Virus record (IMG/VR): IMGVR_UViG_3300015606_001334
Span: 160,001 to 224,000 of that record
Reading direction: 5' to 3' (one strand)
Length of the DNA stretch: 64,000 bases
Source of the DNA: a virus
Taxonomy: Duplodnaviria; Caudoviricetes
The notes below the pieces were generated by a model that saw only the letters and a program-made list of their open reading frames with translations, did no database searches and was not told the DNA's origin. The position numbers and the translations under genes are program-made. How positions within the stretch are numbered: position 1 is the first letter of the stretch; every line of letters starts with the position of its first letter. Positions 16,635 to 26,306 of the stretch are shown one piece after another.

Positions 16635-17686
16635 TGCTTTGCTGCCTTTTCGTACCCAAGATCTAACAATTCATCTTGTACATCTAGAAGGTCAGCTTGG
16701 TTCTTTATGACCTTATTTAGCAAATCGAAAACGTTCTTTATTTCTTTGTCTTTCAAAAGACGAGTATCTCCATTCTTATCAATTGAGACAGCTTCGTGGC
16801 AAATTTTTGGCAATGACAACAATGGCATTTGAAGAGGATTCACCTTAAAGTAGACGAATCTAATATTGTTACCGCTCATAGTCTTAGCTATCTCTTTAAA
16901 GTTTGGATTCGGAGATTCGATCACAATCGAGAGCAATCCTGACGAGAAGAATTTTTCCAAACCTTTGTACGACTTAATATTCTCTCCGCGAATGATGAGC
17001 TTCCAAATACCTTCAACCCGACCAATATCAACGTTTGGTCCAAGCTCTGGGTTATTTCCAAAATCTAGAACGGTCAAACCAATTTTACCACCAGCCTTGG
17101 CGTTAATCAATACTTGACCTTCATCCATAGAGATATATTTGTCATCTTTTTCTGCGCCTTCCTGATAAATTCTGAATCCTTCAGGGAAGCCAAACTTCTT
17201 CATTCTTTCGTCTACAGCCGCTAGACCACCTGCCTTTTTATCATTCTTACGATCGTATGAATTGATGACAGACTGTAAAGATTTCTTCAAGTTGTCAAAT
17301 AAAACTTCAACGGCCTTTGATGGATCATCAAGTTGAGTTGGCTGAAGAGTCGGAATAGGTGATGCGATAAACATTTTGTTATTGTATCCGCCACGGTTAG
17401 CTCTTCTTGCTTGTCCTGTAGCATAACAAGTTATTTGTGTATTTCCGTCTTCAGATTCAAAATACATGGTAGCTCTCTTTTCTTGTAGAGCTGAAGACTT
17501 ATACACGAACCCAAGACCGACAACCTTCTGATACTCACTTGACTTTTTAGCCTTATTCATCGCAGCAGTAATGTCTGCTAGTTGAATGTCGTTGAGTTTG
17601 ATGAAATCAATAATTGATGACTTGTTCTTTTTCTTGGTCAAGTCATAGTCAATTTTATAGGCTTCTAGTAGATTTTGCAGTTTCAT
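16631..17686 (-). CDS. paralogue family member 2 (shared C-terminal module, unrelated N-terminus)
   Basis: N-term MKLQNLLE; C-term DLLDVQDELLDLGYEKAAKQ; TAAATA box upstream. Confidence 0.75.
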   Translation of the reverse strand: MKLQNLLEAYKIDYDLTKKKNKSSIIDFIKLNDIQLADITAAMNKAKKSSEYQKVVGLGFVYKSSALQEKRATMYFESEDGNTQITCYATGQARRANRGGYNNKMFIASPIPTLQPTQLDDPSKAVEVLFDNLKKSLQSVINSYDRKNDKKAGGLAAVDERMKKFGFPEGFRIYQEGAEKDDKYISMDEGQVLINAKAGGKIGLTVLDFGNNPELGPNVDIGRVEGIWKLIIRGENIKSYKGLEKFFSSGLLSIVIESPNPNFKEIAKTMSGNNIRFVYFKVNPLQMPLLSLPKICHEAVSIDKNGDTRLLKDKEIKNVFDLLNKVIKNQADLLDVQDELLDLGYEKAAKQ

Positions 17687-17721
17687 GGTGGTTAACCTGT
17701 AGGTATTCTTGTCTTATTTAC

Positions 17722-18489
17722 TTAAAGCTTAGCAAACTCTTTAAAACCGTCAGCATAAAGCTCTTCTTGACAGTCGTACATCGCATCTTCATTTGGATTA
17801 GAATTCATCAAATGATTATTGATGATAGTCCATGGACCATATTGAGCATACGATTTAGAAATGTTTCCTATGCCAGCCTTAACTTGGCTAATCCCTGGAA
17901 TAAGGAAAATCCCAAGAACTGCCTCTTCTAGGAAGCATTCACCTTCAGGGCCAATCATAATCGTTCCGCCTAAAACGTCTTTATTGACGATATTTGCGGT
18001 GTAGTTAAACTTCTTGATGTACTTGTGGATGTTATGGAGAGACTTTAGACCTCTACATCTTCGAATGTTTAGAGCACCAAGTTCTTCAGAGATTCCTTCA
18101 AGAGAAGTAAGCCTATCACAAGCGCCTATGAATAGTGATCCGCCAACAATTTTCGGACAGCCTTTCAAGGAAGTAATGTCATTCCCCTTTAGGTTCAAGT
18201 TACCTTCAACCTCGTCAGGGAAATTTTCAAGTGTCTTAAGCTTTGAGTCGTTCACAATGAAATTATTGGTGACCTTCCCAAATTTGAATGGTAGTTTATC
18301 CATCTTTAATCCATGGAAATCTACCATTGCGTCGATATCGACAGCACCGTCATTTCTGAAAGTCACATAATTTCTGCTAATGTCAAGCTTCTTCTCAATG
18401 AAGTCGATAATCTCTTCTTCAGTCTTGAGTTCTTTATTGAAGACTGGAGCCGAAGCCCCAGTCTCATTTATTAGTCCACTTAGTTTCAT
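17722..18489 (-). CDS. LRR-like protein, paralogue family member 3
   Basis: LKTLENFP/ITSLKGCP/LTSLEGIS/LKSLHNIH; C-term DAMYDCQEELYADGFKEFAKL. Confidence 0.8.
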   Translation of the reverse strand: MKLSGLINETGASAPVFNKELKTEEEIIDFIEKKLDISRNYVTFRNDGAVDIDAMVDFHGLKMDKLPFKFGKVTNNFIVNDSKLKTLENFPDEVEGNLNLKGNDITSLKGCPKIVGGSLFIGACDRLTSLEGISEELGALNIRRCRGLKSLHNIHKYIKKFNYTANIVNKDVLGGTIMIGPEGECFLEEAVLGIFLIPGISQVKAGIGNISKSYAQYGPWTIINNHLMNSNPNEDAMYDCQEELYADGFKEFAKL

Positions 18490-18490
18490 A

Positions 18491-20350
18491 TCATTCGAAG
18501 TATGTGACGTTCTTTGCTACTTGTTTCAATTGCTTACACATCGCTTCAAATGTGCGACGGGAATCAAGGATGACGAAGATGTTACGATTTTCAGTAATAA
18601 GCTTCTTGATGTTTTCAAAGTTTTCACCATAAAGAATATCCGAGTCGGACATGATCAATAGGTTAAACTTCTTATGCGCAAGTTGTTCAGCTTCATGAGT
18701 AAGCTGATCGCTGAAATTCGTTGACGATCCAATGTGCTTAGAGAACAGTTCCTTCACACTTCCAGTCTTTTCTTCCTTGGACTTGTCAAATACTGAGCTT
18801 AGCTCCTTGTATTTGTTTTGAACAAAGTTACACTTGTAAATGTGGTGATTAGAGGAGAACTTAATTAGGAAGAACTCGCTCTTGCGGACGTTCGCTTTGC
18901 TCTTCATTAGGTTATGAAGGTTAGCGTAAACCTGATCGATCACGGAGGTCATAGAGCCAGATGAGTCGACGATGAATCCCATCTTAATGTCGCTATCAAG
19001 TGTGATCTCACCTGGCTTCATAGCAGCAGCGCCGGTCTGTCGAGCCAAGTCGACACCAGTGATGTTACGTCTATGCGGCTTCTGGAATGTCTCATCAACG
19101 TTATTGCTGGCGTCAGTGATCATCTTAGACAAGAGCTTTTTCCAAGTAAAGGTTGGCTTGATCTTGGAATAGTCGAAGGTTGTTCCTTCACCGTCTCTGC
19201 CACCGCTTCGGCCGCCACGACCACTACCTTGGCCTGCTGAAGAGGACTTCTTGTCATCCTTTGGTGCGTCTTCTTCCTTATCGATTTCCTTACCGCCAGA
19301 AATCTTCTTCTCGATGTCTTTGTTGTTCTTATCTAGTTCGTCAAAGACGTCATCGCCGTCACCCTCAGACGATTTATTTTTGTCGTCATTTTGGTCTCCA
19401 TCACCCTTCTGAGGTTTTCCGCCGCCTTCACCTGGTTCACCAGGCTCGCCTTGATCGTGATTGTCACCAAGGCCGTCCATCATGTTCTCGACCTTTTCTT
19501 GTTGGTCTTTGTTTAGCTTTTCGAACTCTGCCTTGACGATGTCGTACATTTCTTTGTAGGACTTCTGTCTGTCATAGTTGACGTGATCGCTGAAAAGACC
19601 GATAGGAAGCTGTTCAAAGCCACTCTTAACAAGAAGATAATTCGTTCTGAAGTCGCCAACCCAATTGATAATCTTTGGGTTTGCCTTAAGCTTTTTCTGG
19701 TAATGGAAGTCAGCATAAGTATAATGCATGAACTCGTGAATGATCAAGAATTCAATGTAAGCATACTCATCTGGAATTTCACCGCCATTGCTGGCATACT
19801 TCTTGCCCTTCGGAGTTATTCCTTTGAGGTGAGCGTAGTCAATTAGCTTCTGCATGAATGGTTTGCAGAAGATAAATTCGCCAGTCGGTGTAGCCGCAGC
19901 AGTGTCCACATCATTGAACTTCTGATGTTCAGGCTTAGTAGACGGAACTAAGATGATGACTGGATTGTAGAGATACTTGTGATCAATGAAGTTGCGAAGC
20001 GGGAAGAACTGATCATGCTCGATCTTAATGAAGCGGAGAAGCTTTGAGAAGATCTTCACGTCAAAGCGTGGTGCCTTATCAGCAATCTTATGCTTCTCGA
20101 TCAGGTTAAAGATTTCCTGCTCGACGATATTCTTCTTAATGGTATCGTAAAGGATCGGAGACTTCTTAGCGATGTCATCAAATTCTTTGATTCGATCTTC
20201 GACCGCCTTAATGAGTTCTTCCTTCTTTACGCCATACTTGTTGACTATTTCGTCGATGATCTTTTTGACGTGAGGATCATCGAGGGAGGTCGCTGAGAAC
20301 TTGACCTCCCCGAATTCTCTACGTTTGTTGTCAAACGCTTCGTTAATCAT
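18491..20350 (-). CDS. putative metallopeptidase (HEXXH) plus vWA domain protein (DUF2201-like)
   Basis: VDTAAAT, LIIHEFMHY, acidic/Gly linker, FIVDSSGSM MIDAS, IMSDSD. Confidence 0.85.
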   Translation of the reverse strand: MINEAFDNKRREFGEVKFSATSLDDPHVKKIIDEIVNKYGVKKEELIKAVEDRIKEFDDIAKKSPILYDTIKKNIVEQEIFNLIEKHKIADKAPRFDVKIFSKLLRFIKIEHDQFFPLRNFIDHKYLYNPVIILVPSTKPEHQKFNDVDTAAATPTGEFIFCKPFMQKLIDYAHLKGITPKGKKYASNGGEIPDEYAYIEFLIIHEFMHYTYADFHYQKKLKANPKIINWVGDFRTNYLLVKSGFEQLPIGLFSDHVNYDRQKSYKEMYDIVKAEFEKLNKDQQEKVENMMDGLGDNHDQGEPGEPGEGGGKPQKGDGDQNDDKNKSSEGDGDDVFDELDKNNKDIEKKISGGKEIDKEEDAPKDDKKSSSAGQGSGRGGRSGGRDGEGTTFDYSKIKPTFTWKKLLSKMITDASNNVDETFQKPHRRNITGVDLARQTGAAAMKPGEITLDSDIKMGFIVDSSGSMTSVIDQVYANLHNLMKSKANVRKSEFFLIKFSSNHHIYKCNFVQNKYKELSSVFDKSKEEKTGSVKELFSKHIGSSTNFSDQLTHEAEQLAHKKFNLLIMSDSDILYGENFENIKKLITENRNIFVILDSRRTFEAMCKQLKQVAKNVTYFE

Positions 20351-22926
20351 TACTTGATGCCCTTAATAAATTGAGCAATGCTGATGTTGAACTCTAGTAG
20401 CTCATCCATGTAGTCAGCGCCATGCTTGTCCTTGATGTGACGTAGCGCTTCACGGACAGCGAGGCGGATAATTTCACGGTGATCGTTAGATAGCTTATGG
20501 ATTTCGATAGCGTTGACCATTTCGCGGATCAAGTGTTCGAACTTAGACACTTCTTGATTTTCGAATTCGATCTGATCGTTCTTGACAACCTTACCCTTAT
20601 GCTTCTTCTCAATTAGCTTGTCCTTGACATCTTCGTCCTTTTCAAACTGAGCTAGCAAGAAGCCAGCTAGTTCTTCCTTGAACTTCTGAGGATCATGGTT
20701 TTCAATGAAGCTTACGAAGTCCATATCATCTGCTAGGTGTGCATCATCGCTTGGGTTCTGGAAGAACGAGCCAAGGATGGAGCCGACGTCGACAGTCTTA
20801 GCCTTCTTGTAGTACAAACCTTCACCGAAATCAATCTCACTAGAATGTAGGAACCAGTCCTTCAAGTCATGCAAGAACTCAGGAGATTGAACCTGTTGCT
20901 TGGTGAAGATGTTGGATAGCTTATGCTTGAACGAGTCGTACAGGCCGGTGCGTAGCTTAGATTCGGTCTCAGCGATCTCGTCGTTGGTCATGTCAGCGAC
21001 GTTCTTGCGCTTCAATAGACGATTGAACTTTTGATCGAAGTCGATGACTGCGTTGCCATAAAGGTCAGAGTACTCACGAGGAGAAATGTAGACTGGTTGA
21101 GCGCCGATATCTAGGTAGAACGGCTTCTGAGCATTCTTGATCTGGCTAGAAGAGGTCTTCACACGGAACTTGTCAGAGAACTTCATCAACACGTCGTACA
21201 CAACTTCCTTAGACTTCTCGTTCTTTAGAGAAGTGAATGGCATGTTCTGTAGGTACTTCTTGGTCTTTTCGAAGTCTGCTTTAGAGTCGATAACATCAAC
21301 AACGTCACGCATGTGGTGGGTCAAAGGTTCAGCACCGTGGTCAGAAGGGTTAATTGCTGAGATGATGACAGAGCCCTTTGGTAGATCATAGCCGCCACCG
21401 AAAGACTTTTCTAGTAGAACACGACGAATACCGTTGAAGACCTTTGCGGAGTTACGGTTCAATTCGTCGAAGAAGATTAGGTACTTCCACTCTTTGTCTT
21501 GATATTCCTTGATTGCCTTCTTAGCTTCATCACCCTTTAGGGAGTGCTTCAAGAATTCAATATGGTCAGCATCTGCTTGCTTCGCATCATTAAGGATCTG
21601 GTGGTAAAGAGTTGGTTCAGAGAACTGAGTTTCGATATTCTTCTTCTGTTTACCATTGCCCTTTGGAAGTGGTAGACCGACGACGTCTTCTGGATTCAAG
21701 TTAGAACAGTCGACGTAGATATAGCGTAGGTCTAGATCCTTAGCGATCTCGACAGCGTGAGTGGTCTTACCGATACCTGGAGCGCCAGATACGATTGGGA
21801 TGTACTTACGATGTTCACCAAGCTTCATCTTCTGCTTGATCTGATGCTCAAGGGTATCTTGCCATTCTTCTTCGGAGTTTTCCTCAGTTGAAGAGATATC
21901 GATATCAGAAGTTTCTTTGATTAGTTGAGAGACTGCGTCTAGCACTTTAGCTGCTAGGACAGACTTTTCACCGGTCAAATAGTTCTTGAAGTTCGCTTTG
22001 ATGTTGGTGAGAAGGCTCTTTGCTTCTTTTTCGTTCTCTACAGGTAGCGAGCTGTTGATGTAAAGAAGGATTTGTTCCCAACGACGTGGAGAGGTACGAA
22101 CCTCATGATTGACGTCGTCATGGTTAAGCTCTTCCTCTTCTAGGAGGTCATAGAACTTCTGAATGATCTTTGGATTTAGCTTGACCTTCTCATCTTTTTC
22201 GAACTTAGCTAGTAACCAAGAGAACCATTCGTCCTTGTTTGGTGCTTCAAAGTCGATTTGCTGGAAGTCATTGTTTGCTGGGATTTCGCCTACGCCCTCG
22301 TCATTCATGTTAGATGCGTAGATAACGAAAGCACCTGGAGGAATGTCGTGAGAACCGATCTTTCCGTTTAGGATGCCACGTAGCATGTTGCGGATCTTAG
22401 TAGAGGTCTGACGATAGTATTCGTCAAGGAACAAGATCACATTGCGGTGGTCACGGGCTTCACTGATAACTTCTGGGATTGTATCCTTATCGCCACCTAG
22501 TTCTTCAAACACCTTGATCACGTCAGCACTTGAACGATAGATGTTCTGAAGGTACTGCTTGTCAGTAATCTTTTTGGTCGCCTTTAGGCTACTGAACAAA
22601 TGGGAGTCTGATAGAACAACCTTGAAATCGCTAACTTCGAATTCAGTTTCACCTGGCTTTTCAGACTTGGTGACTGGGTCGTAAACGATAAATGGGATAT
22701 TGATGATGTGTTCTTCAGTGATGTGTGGAGCTTCAATGGTGATAAGCTCTAGACCGACCAAAGTGGAGAAGAATCTGATGAAGGAGGTTTTACCTACACC
22801 AGGATCGCCTGCCAAAAGGATGCCGGATTTGCTCACTGATTGTTGTTGGCCCTTCATGTTGGCCAAAATTCGTTCAGATATGTCAATACGCTGATCGAAT
22901 GAGCTTGAGGATGCGTTGATGTCCAT
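20350..22926 (-). CDS. tandem (double) MoxR/dynein-related AAA+ ATPase
   Basis: Two modules: GDPGVGKT/LFLDE/YASN/TSPRRW and GAPGIGKT/IFFDELNR/SAIN/ISPREY. Confidence 0.88.
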   Translation of the reverse strand: MDINASSSSFDQRIDISERILANMKGQQQSVSKSGILLAGDPGVGKTSFIRFFSTLVGLELITIEAPHITEEHIINIPFIVYDPVTKSEKPGETEFEVSDFKVVLSDSHLFSSLKATKKITDKQYLQNIYRSSADVIKVFEELGGDKDTIPEVISEARDHRNVILFLDEYYRQTSTKIRNMLRGILNGKIGSHDIPPGAFVIYASNMNDEGVGEIPANNDFQQIDFEAPNKDEWFSWLLAKFEKDEKVKLNPKIIQKFYDLLEEEELNHDDVNHEVRTSPRRWEQILLYINSSLPVENEKEAKSLLTNIKANFKNYLTGEKSVLAAKVLDAVSQLIKETSDIDISSTEENSEEEWQDTLEHQIKQKMKLGEHRKYIPIVSGAPGIGKTTHAVEIAKDLDLRYIYVDCSNLNPEDVVGLPLPKGNGKQKKNIETQFSEPTLYHQILNDAKQADADHIEFLKHSLKGDEAKKAIKEYQDKEWKYLIFFDELNRNSAKVFNGIRRVLLEKSFGGGYDLPKGSVIISAINPSDHGAEPLTHHMRDVVDVIDSKADFEKTKKYLQNMPFTSLKNEKSKEVVYDVLMKFSDKFRVKTSSSQIKNAQKPFYLDIGAQPVYISPREYSDLYGNAVIDFDQKFNRLLKRKNVADMTNDEIAETESKLRTGLYDSFKHKLSNIFTKQQVQSPEFLHDLKDWFLHSSEIDFGEGLYYKKAKTVDVGSILGSFFQNPSDDAHLADDMDFVSFIENHDPQKFKEELAGFLLAQFEKDEDVKDKLIEKKHKGKVVKNDQIEFENQEVSKFEHLIREMVNAIEIHKLSNDHREIIRLAVREALRHIKDKHGADYMDELLEFNISIAQFIKGIK

Positions 22927-22935
22927 TATTCTACC

Positions 22936-23169
22936 TTAGTCGAAATTTACGATTTTCTTGAAAGCCTTTGGGTTACGCTTCTTTAGCTGCTTAAGGATAA
23001 AGCGATAGTCAGCATGCTCGCTGTCATTAGCCCCAAACATAGGTAGAATCATTTCGATTTCAGGATCGTTGTCTAGCTCGACTACAGCCCCTTTTGATTC
23101 TAATACAACGTCGTCAGATTGTAAACGTTCTTGTTCTTTGATTTTTTGATCTAGTATCTGCTTAAGCAT
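22936..23169 (-). CDS. hypothetical late protein
   Basis: Start set at MLKQIL; ATAAATA boxes at about 23195-23216. Confidence 0.6.
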   Translation of the reverse strand: MLKQILDQKIKEQERLQSDDVVLESKGAVVELDNDPEIEMILPMFGANDSEHADYRFILKQLKKRNPKAFKKIVNFD

Positions 23170-23240
23170 GTGGGTCCCCAAATGGTTGATCATGTATTTA
23201 TGAATGAAGTATTTATTCGAATCAAAGGGACCACGCAATA

Positions 23241-23265
23241 AAAAAGAGGCCCGAAGGCCTCTTTT
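23241..23265 (-). terminator. intrinsic terminator
   Basis: AAAAGAGGCC-CGAA-GGCCTCTTTT (UUCG loop on minus strand, U tract). Confidence 0.8.
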
Positions 23266-23284
23266 CAACATCAGGGAATTGATG

Positions 23285-23866
23285 TTAGCGGAGTTTCATC
23301 GGACCGCTTTCCTTACCGTTCTTGTAGATGTCTTGAACGGCATCGGTAACGATCGGCTTGAACTTGTTCATGTCGACCTTCGGGAAGCCAGCGATACGCA
23401 ACCACATACCGCGCCAGAAGAGACCTTGCTCGGCTTCGTATTGACGCTTGACGTCGATCATCTTGGTCTGGGAGTTCTTGAACTCATCACGATAGGATTC
23501 GATCAGTTGCTGAATCTTGCGATAGAGTTCCTTGTCGATCTGAACATTGTGTTCCTTCAGCCATTGGAAGGTAGCCTTGGAACCATCCTTGCCATAGCGA
23601 CCTTGAACATCAGCAGTGATGATTTCCTTGAAGTCGTCCTTGTACATCGTAGGGACTTGAGCGGCTTCCATCACCTTTTGCTGGCCTTGAGCCAGGATGT
23701 TCTGGTTGTTTTCATATTCAGCATTCAGCTGAGCTTCGATGCGGGCGCCGTAGTTGTTGGCACTGATGTAGGAAGTTGCGGCAACGATCAGAATCGCGAG
23801 GATGAAACCGGCGAAACCGAGACCGATTACGGCACCAGTAGAAATTGCACCTTTTTGCTTATTCAT
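23285..23866 (-). CDS. membrane-anchored coiled-coil protein
   Basis: N-term KQKGA followed by TM helix, then helical soluble domain. Confidence 0.75.
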   Translation of the reverse strand: MNKQKGAISTGAVIGLGFAGFILAILIVAATSYISANNYGARIEAQLNAEYENNQNILAQGQQKVMEAAQVPTMYKDDFKEIITADVQGRYGKDGSKATFQWLKEHNVQIDKELYRKIQQLIESYRDEFKNSQTKMIDVKRQYEAEQGLFWRGMWLRIAGFPKVDMNKFKPIVTDAVQDIYKNGKESGPMKLR

Positions 23867-23888
23867 TTGTGTAAAGCTCCTTGAGAAA

Positions 23889-24002
23889 TTAGAGGGAATT
23901 GAAGATCAGTTGCTTCAGAACCGGCCAGGCAACCGAAGCCAGAATGGCGATGATTGCAACGACAATCATCAATTCAATCAGCGTAAAACCTTTTTGCATC
24001 AT
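23889..24002 (-). CDS. type IV prepilin-like mini-protein (37 aa; not in ORF track)
   Basis: MMQKGFTLIELMIVVAIIAILASVAWPVLKQLIFNSL*; GAGGA RBS and early promoter upstream. Confidence 0.88.
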   Translation of the reverse strand: MMQKGFTLIELMIVVAIIAILASVAWPVLKQLIFNSL

Positions 24003-24032
24003 TTATTCCTCTTTAAGAAAGTTGGTATGGTG

Positions 24033-24061
24033 ATTATATCAACTTTCCAAATTTTGTAAAC
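24033..24061 (-). promoter_or_regulatory. early-type promoter GTTTAC-N17-TATAAT
   Basis: Recurrent motif upstream of mini-pilin. Confidence 0.8.
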
Positions 24062-24065
24062 TGAT

Positions 24066-24185
24066 TTAGTGAAAAATACCCTTGATTGCTTCAACTAAAA
24101 TAACCAAAGCTCCAGTTGACACTAAAACGGCGAAACTTACTACGATCACTGCGCCTGACCACTCGATTATTTTACCTGGGCTCAT
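24066..24185 (-). CDS. small membrane peptide (39 aa; not in ORF track)
   Basis: MSPGKIIEWSGAVIVVSFAVLVSTGALVILVEAIKGIFH; GGAG upstream. Confidence 0.55.
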   Translation of the reverse strand: MSPGKIIEWSGAVIVVSFAVLVSTGALVILVEAIKGIFH

Positions 24186-24393
24186 ATGCTTCTCCGAAAT
24201 TTAAACCTACTGGAACAACTTCCCAATGTCCATCATCTGGATGGTGTGGATGTTTGTTAAACTTCTTGCACCACGCTTCTGCTTGACCTTTAGAGTAAAG
24301 CTTAGGAGTCGCACCACTTGTTCCGCTGGCACCCTTGTACCAATGAGACTTTGAGGTGCGAATCATGTAAAGAGGTTTGTCAATGTAGCACAT
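24172..24393 (-). CDS. hypothetical protein
   Basis: Start set at MCYIDK just after upstream stop. Confidence 0.55.
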   Translation of the reverse strand: MCYIDKPLYMIRTSKSHWYKGASGTSGATPKLYSKGQAEAWCKKFNKHPHHPDDGHWEVVPVGLNFGEAYEPR

Positions 24394-24395
24394 AG

Positions 24396-24971
24396 TTAGA
24401 ACGTGAAGATCGCGATCAGACCAGCAATTAGAACAAGACCATAAGCAATCAACCAACCTGCGGCATTGTCATCGCTCATAGCGATTGGCTCAACGCTTTC
24501 AATTGCATAGTTGCCAAAAATGTTCTTGACTTCTTTGCTGTAAGTGATCTTGCTTGGGTAAGCTCGACGGATGGTGTGACGAATGATTGAGATACCAACG
24601 ATCCAAATTAGGATGCCACCGAACACATGAATAAGCTGAGCACCAATCATGTGCCAAACGATCAGCAGCATGGTGAGTTGACCGACAGGAGTCGTTGCGA
24701 AATCATTCACTGCAACGCCGACTTCTTTTGCTGCCCCAGCCAGACCTTGACCGATGTTCGAACCGATCTTGACCCACTTTTCGACCTTGTCTTCGGTCAT
24801 GGTAGGCATGACGTCCTTTTGGCTTGCTTTATCGGCCACCATCTTGATGATTTCAGCCTTTTCGGTTTCCGACAGCTTGTTAAAACCGGCAGAATGTACA
24901 GCATCAGTCGTGTTCCCCGCCCAGGCAGAAATAGAAACCATCATCAGAATTACTGCAAAAAACTTCTTCAT
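24396..24971 (-). CDS. membrane protein with signal peptide
   Basis: MKKFFAVILMMVSISAWA signal; 2-3 TM segments. Confidence 0.7.
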   Translation of the reverse strand: MKKFFAVILMMVSISAWAGNTTDAVHSAGFNKLSETEKAEIIKMVADKASQKDVMPTMTEDKVEKWVKIGSNIGQGLAGAAKEVGVAVNDFATTPVGQLTMLLIVWHMIGAQLIHVFGGILIWIVGISIIRHTIRRAYPSKITYSKEVKNIFGNYAIESVEPIAMSDDNAAGWLIAYGLVLIAGLIAIFTF

Positions 24972-25270
24972 TGTATTTTTCTCCAAGGACCAATGTGATC
25001 ATAACGGTGTACTGGAATGTGTCCTTGCCATTCATCAGTATCCCAAACTTCTTGACGATCTTTCGCGCCTGAGTAAGTAATTCCTACATCAGGTCCCCAA
25101 AGGCAGAGGATTCCACCTACAGGGTCAAGAGGGTAAATGTCTATTTCTTCATTAGAGGGAATATGAAGCCATACTCCCTCCGAATCTGGAATGTTAACGG
25201 AATCGATATCGGCGTCCATAAACCCTAGCAGTCTTGTTGAAGTAGATAACGGTGCCGATATTACCTGCAA
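24968..25270 (-). CDS. hypothetical protein
   Basis: ORF between neighbours; true start probably MDADID. Confidence 0.45.
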   Translation of the reverse strand: MQVISAPLSTSTRLLGFMDADIDSVNIPDSEGVWLHIPSNEEIDIYPLDPVGGILCLWGPDVGITYSGAKDRQEVWDTDEWQGHIPVHRYDHIGPWRKIQ

Positions 25271-26306
25271 GAAGAATCACGATAGCCAGAACGATAACCC
25301 AAGTAGGAGGTTCAATTTCGTTGTCGAGGTATTCGAAGTCCTTCATGCTCTTACGCTTGAACTCAGCCAAGGTGGTTGCTCGAATCGTCTCAATAATTTT
25401 CGGACGATCGATGTTTTCCATATCTTGGAGAGAGTCACGAAGCTTAACTTTGAAGAGTTCCTTATCAGTCCAGCTCATCACTCGAACAAAATCGATCTTC
25501 GGATACGAAGTAGTTCCAATGATGACTACGATATCGTTCTTCTTACCACCAAGCCAGGCCGAACGCAAAGCATATTCGTAATTTGGGTCGCTAGTGTTGA
25601 CAAACAGAACGATGACGTTTGCTTGCTTTTGAGGACCGAGCTGCTTGAGCATGTTCGAAATATCGTTCGACCAATCTTGAAGATCGGGAACAGGAACCCC
25701 GACGGTCAAAGCACGATTCAGGCGATAGTAATCATAAACTGCATGTGGATATGCGGGAATCATGTTCGCAAACTTAGCAGCAGTCATGTTTTGAGCGGTG
25801 TTTAGAACGCTTTCAGGAACACCTTTGATGTAGTTCGTATGAAGATGCTCTTTCGAGAACGGCTCGCCCTTTTGAACTGCGGCCCAACGAGGAGGAGTGT
25901 GAACGCCTTGACGGTCGACGCGATCAATATCAACATCGCCAATATTCGAATGAACTACCCAGTCGTAATCATGATTATGCTCATAACAAGTATCACATGA
26001 AGTAGACGTTGAGCATGAACGATTTGATCCAGAACCTGAGCAAGACGTGGTAGTCTTACAGTTGCAGGAATAAGAATGAGAGCACGAAACTTGCTGTTGT
26101 TCTTTTCCGGTTACTTCACCATTCCAAACTTCAACATCGAGAGTTTTGCCAGCTTTTCCAGCATAGAAAGCTCCACATGAAACCAGGAGTCCAACAGCCA
26201 CCAATACGCCTACTGCACGAATGTCCAAATCCTTGGCGATAAATGCTTTCACACTTATCGGAAGGATGATCGCTGCTAAAATCAAAAGTACAAGAGTGAT
26301 GTTCAT
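25194..26306 (-). CDS. membrane protein with Cys/Ser-rich extracytoplasmic segment
   Basis: Two N-terminal TMs, CSHSYSCNC...CDTCYEH motif, C-terminal TM. Confidence 0.75.
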   Translation of the reverse strand: MNITLVLLILAAIILPISVKAFIAKDLDIRAVGVLVAVGLLVSCGAFYAGKAGKTLDVEVWNGEVTGKEQQQVSCSHSYSCNCKTTTSCSGSGSNRSCSTSTSCDTCYEHNHDYDWVVHSNIGDVDIDRVDRQGVHTPPRWAAVQKGEPFSKEHLHTNYIKGVPESVLNTAQNMTAAKFANMIPAYPHAVYDYYRLNRALTVGVPVPDLQDWSNDISNMLKQLGPQKQANVIVLFVNTSDPNYEYALRSAWLGGKKNDIVVIIGTTSYPKIDFVRVMSWTDKELFKVKLRDSLQDMENIDRPKIIETIRATTLAEFKRKSMKDFEYLDNEIEPPTWVIVLAIVILLAGNIGTVIYFNKTARVYGRRYRFR

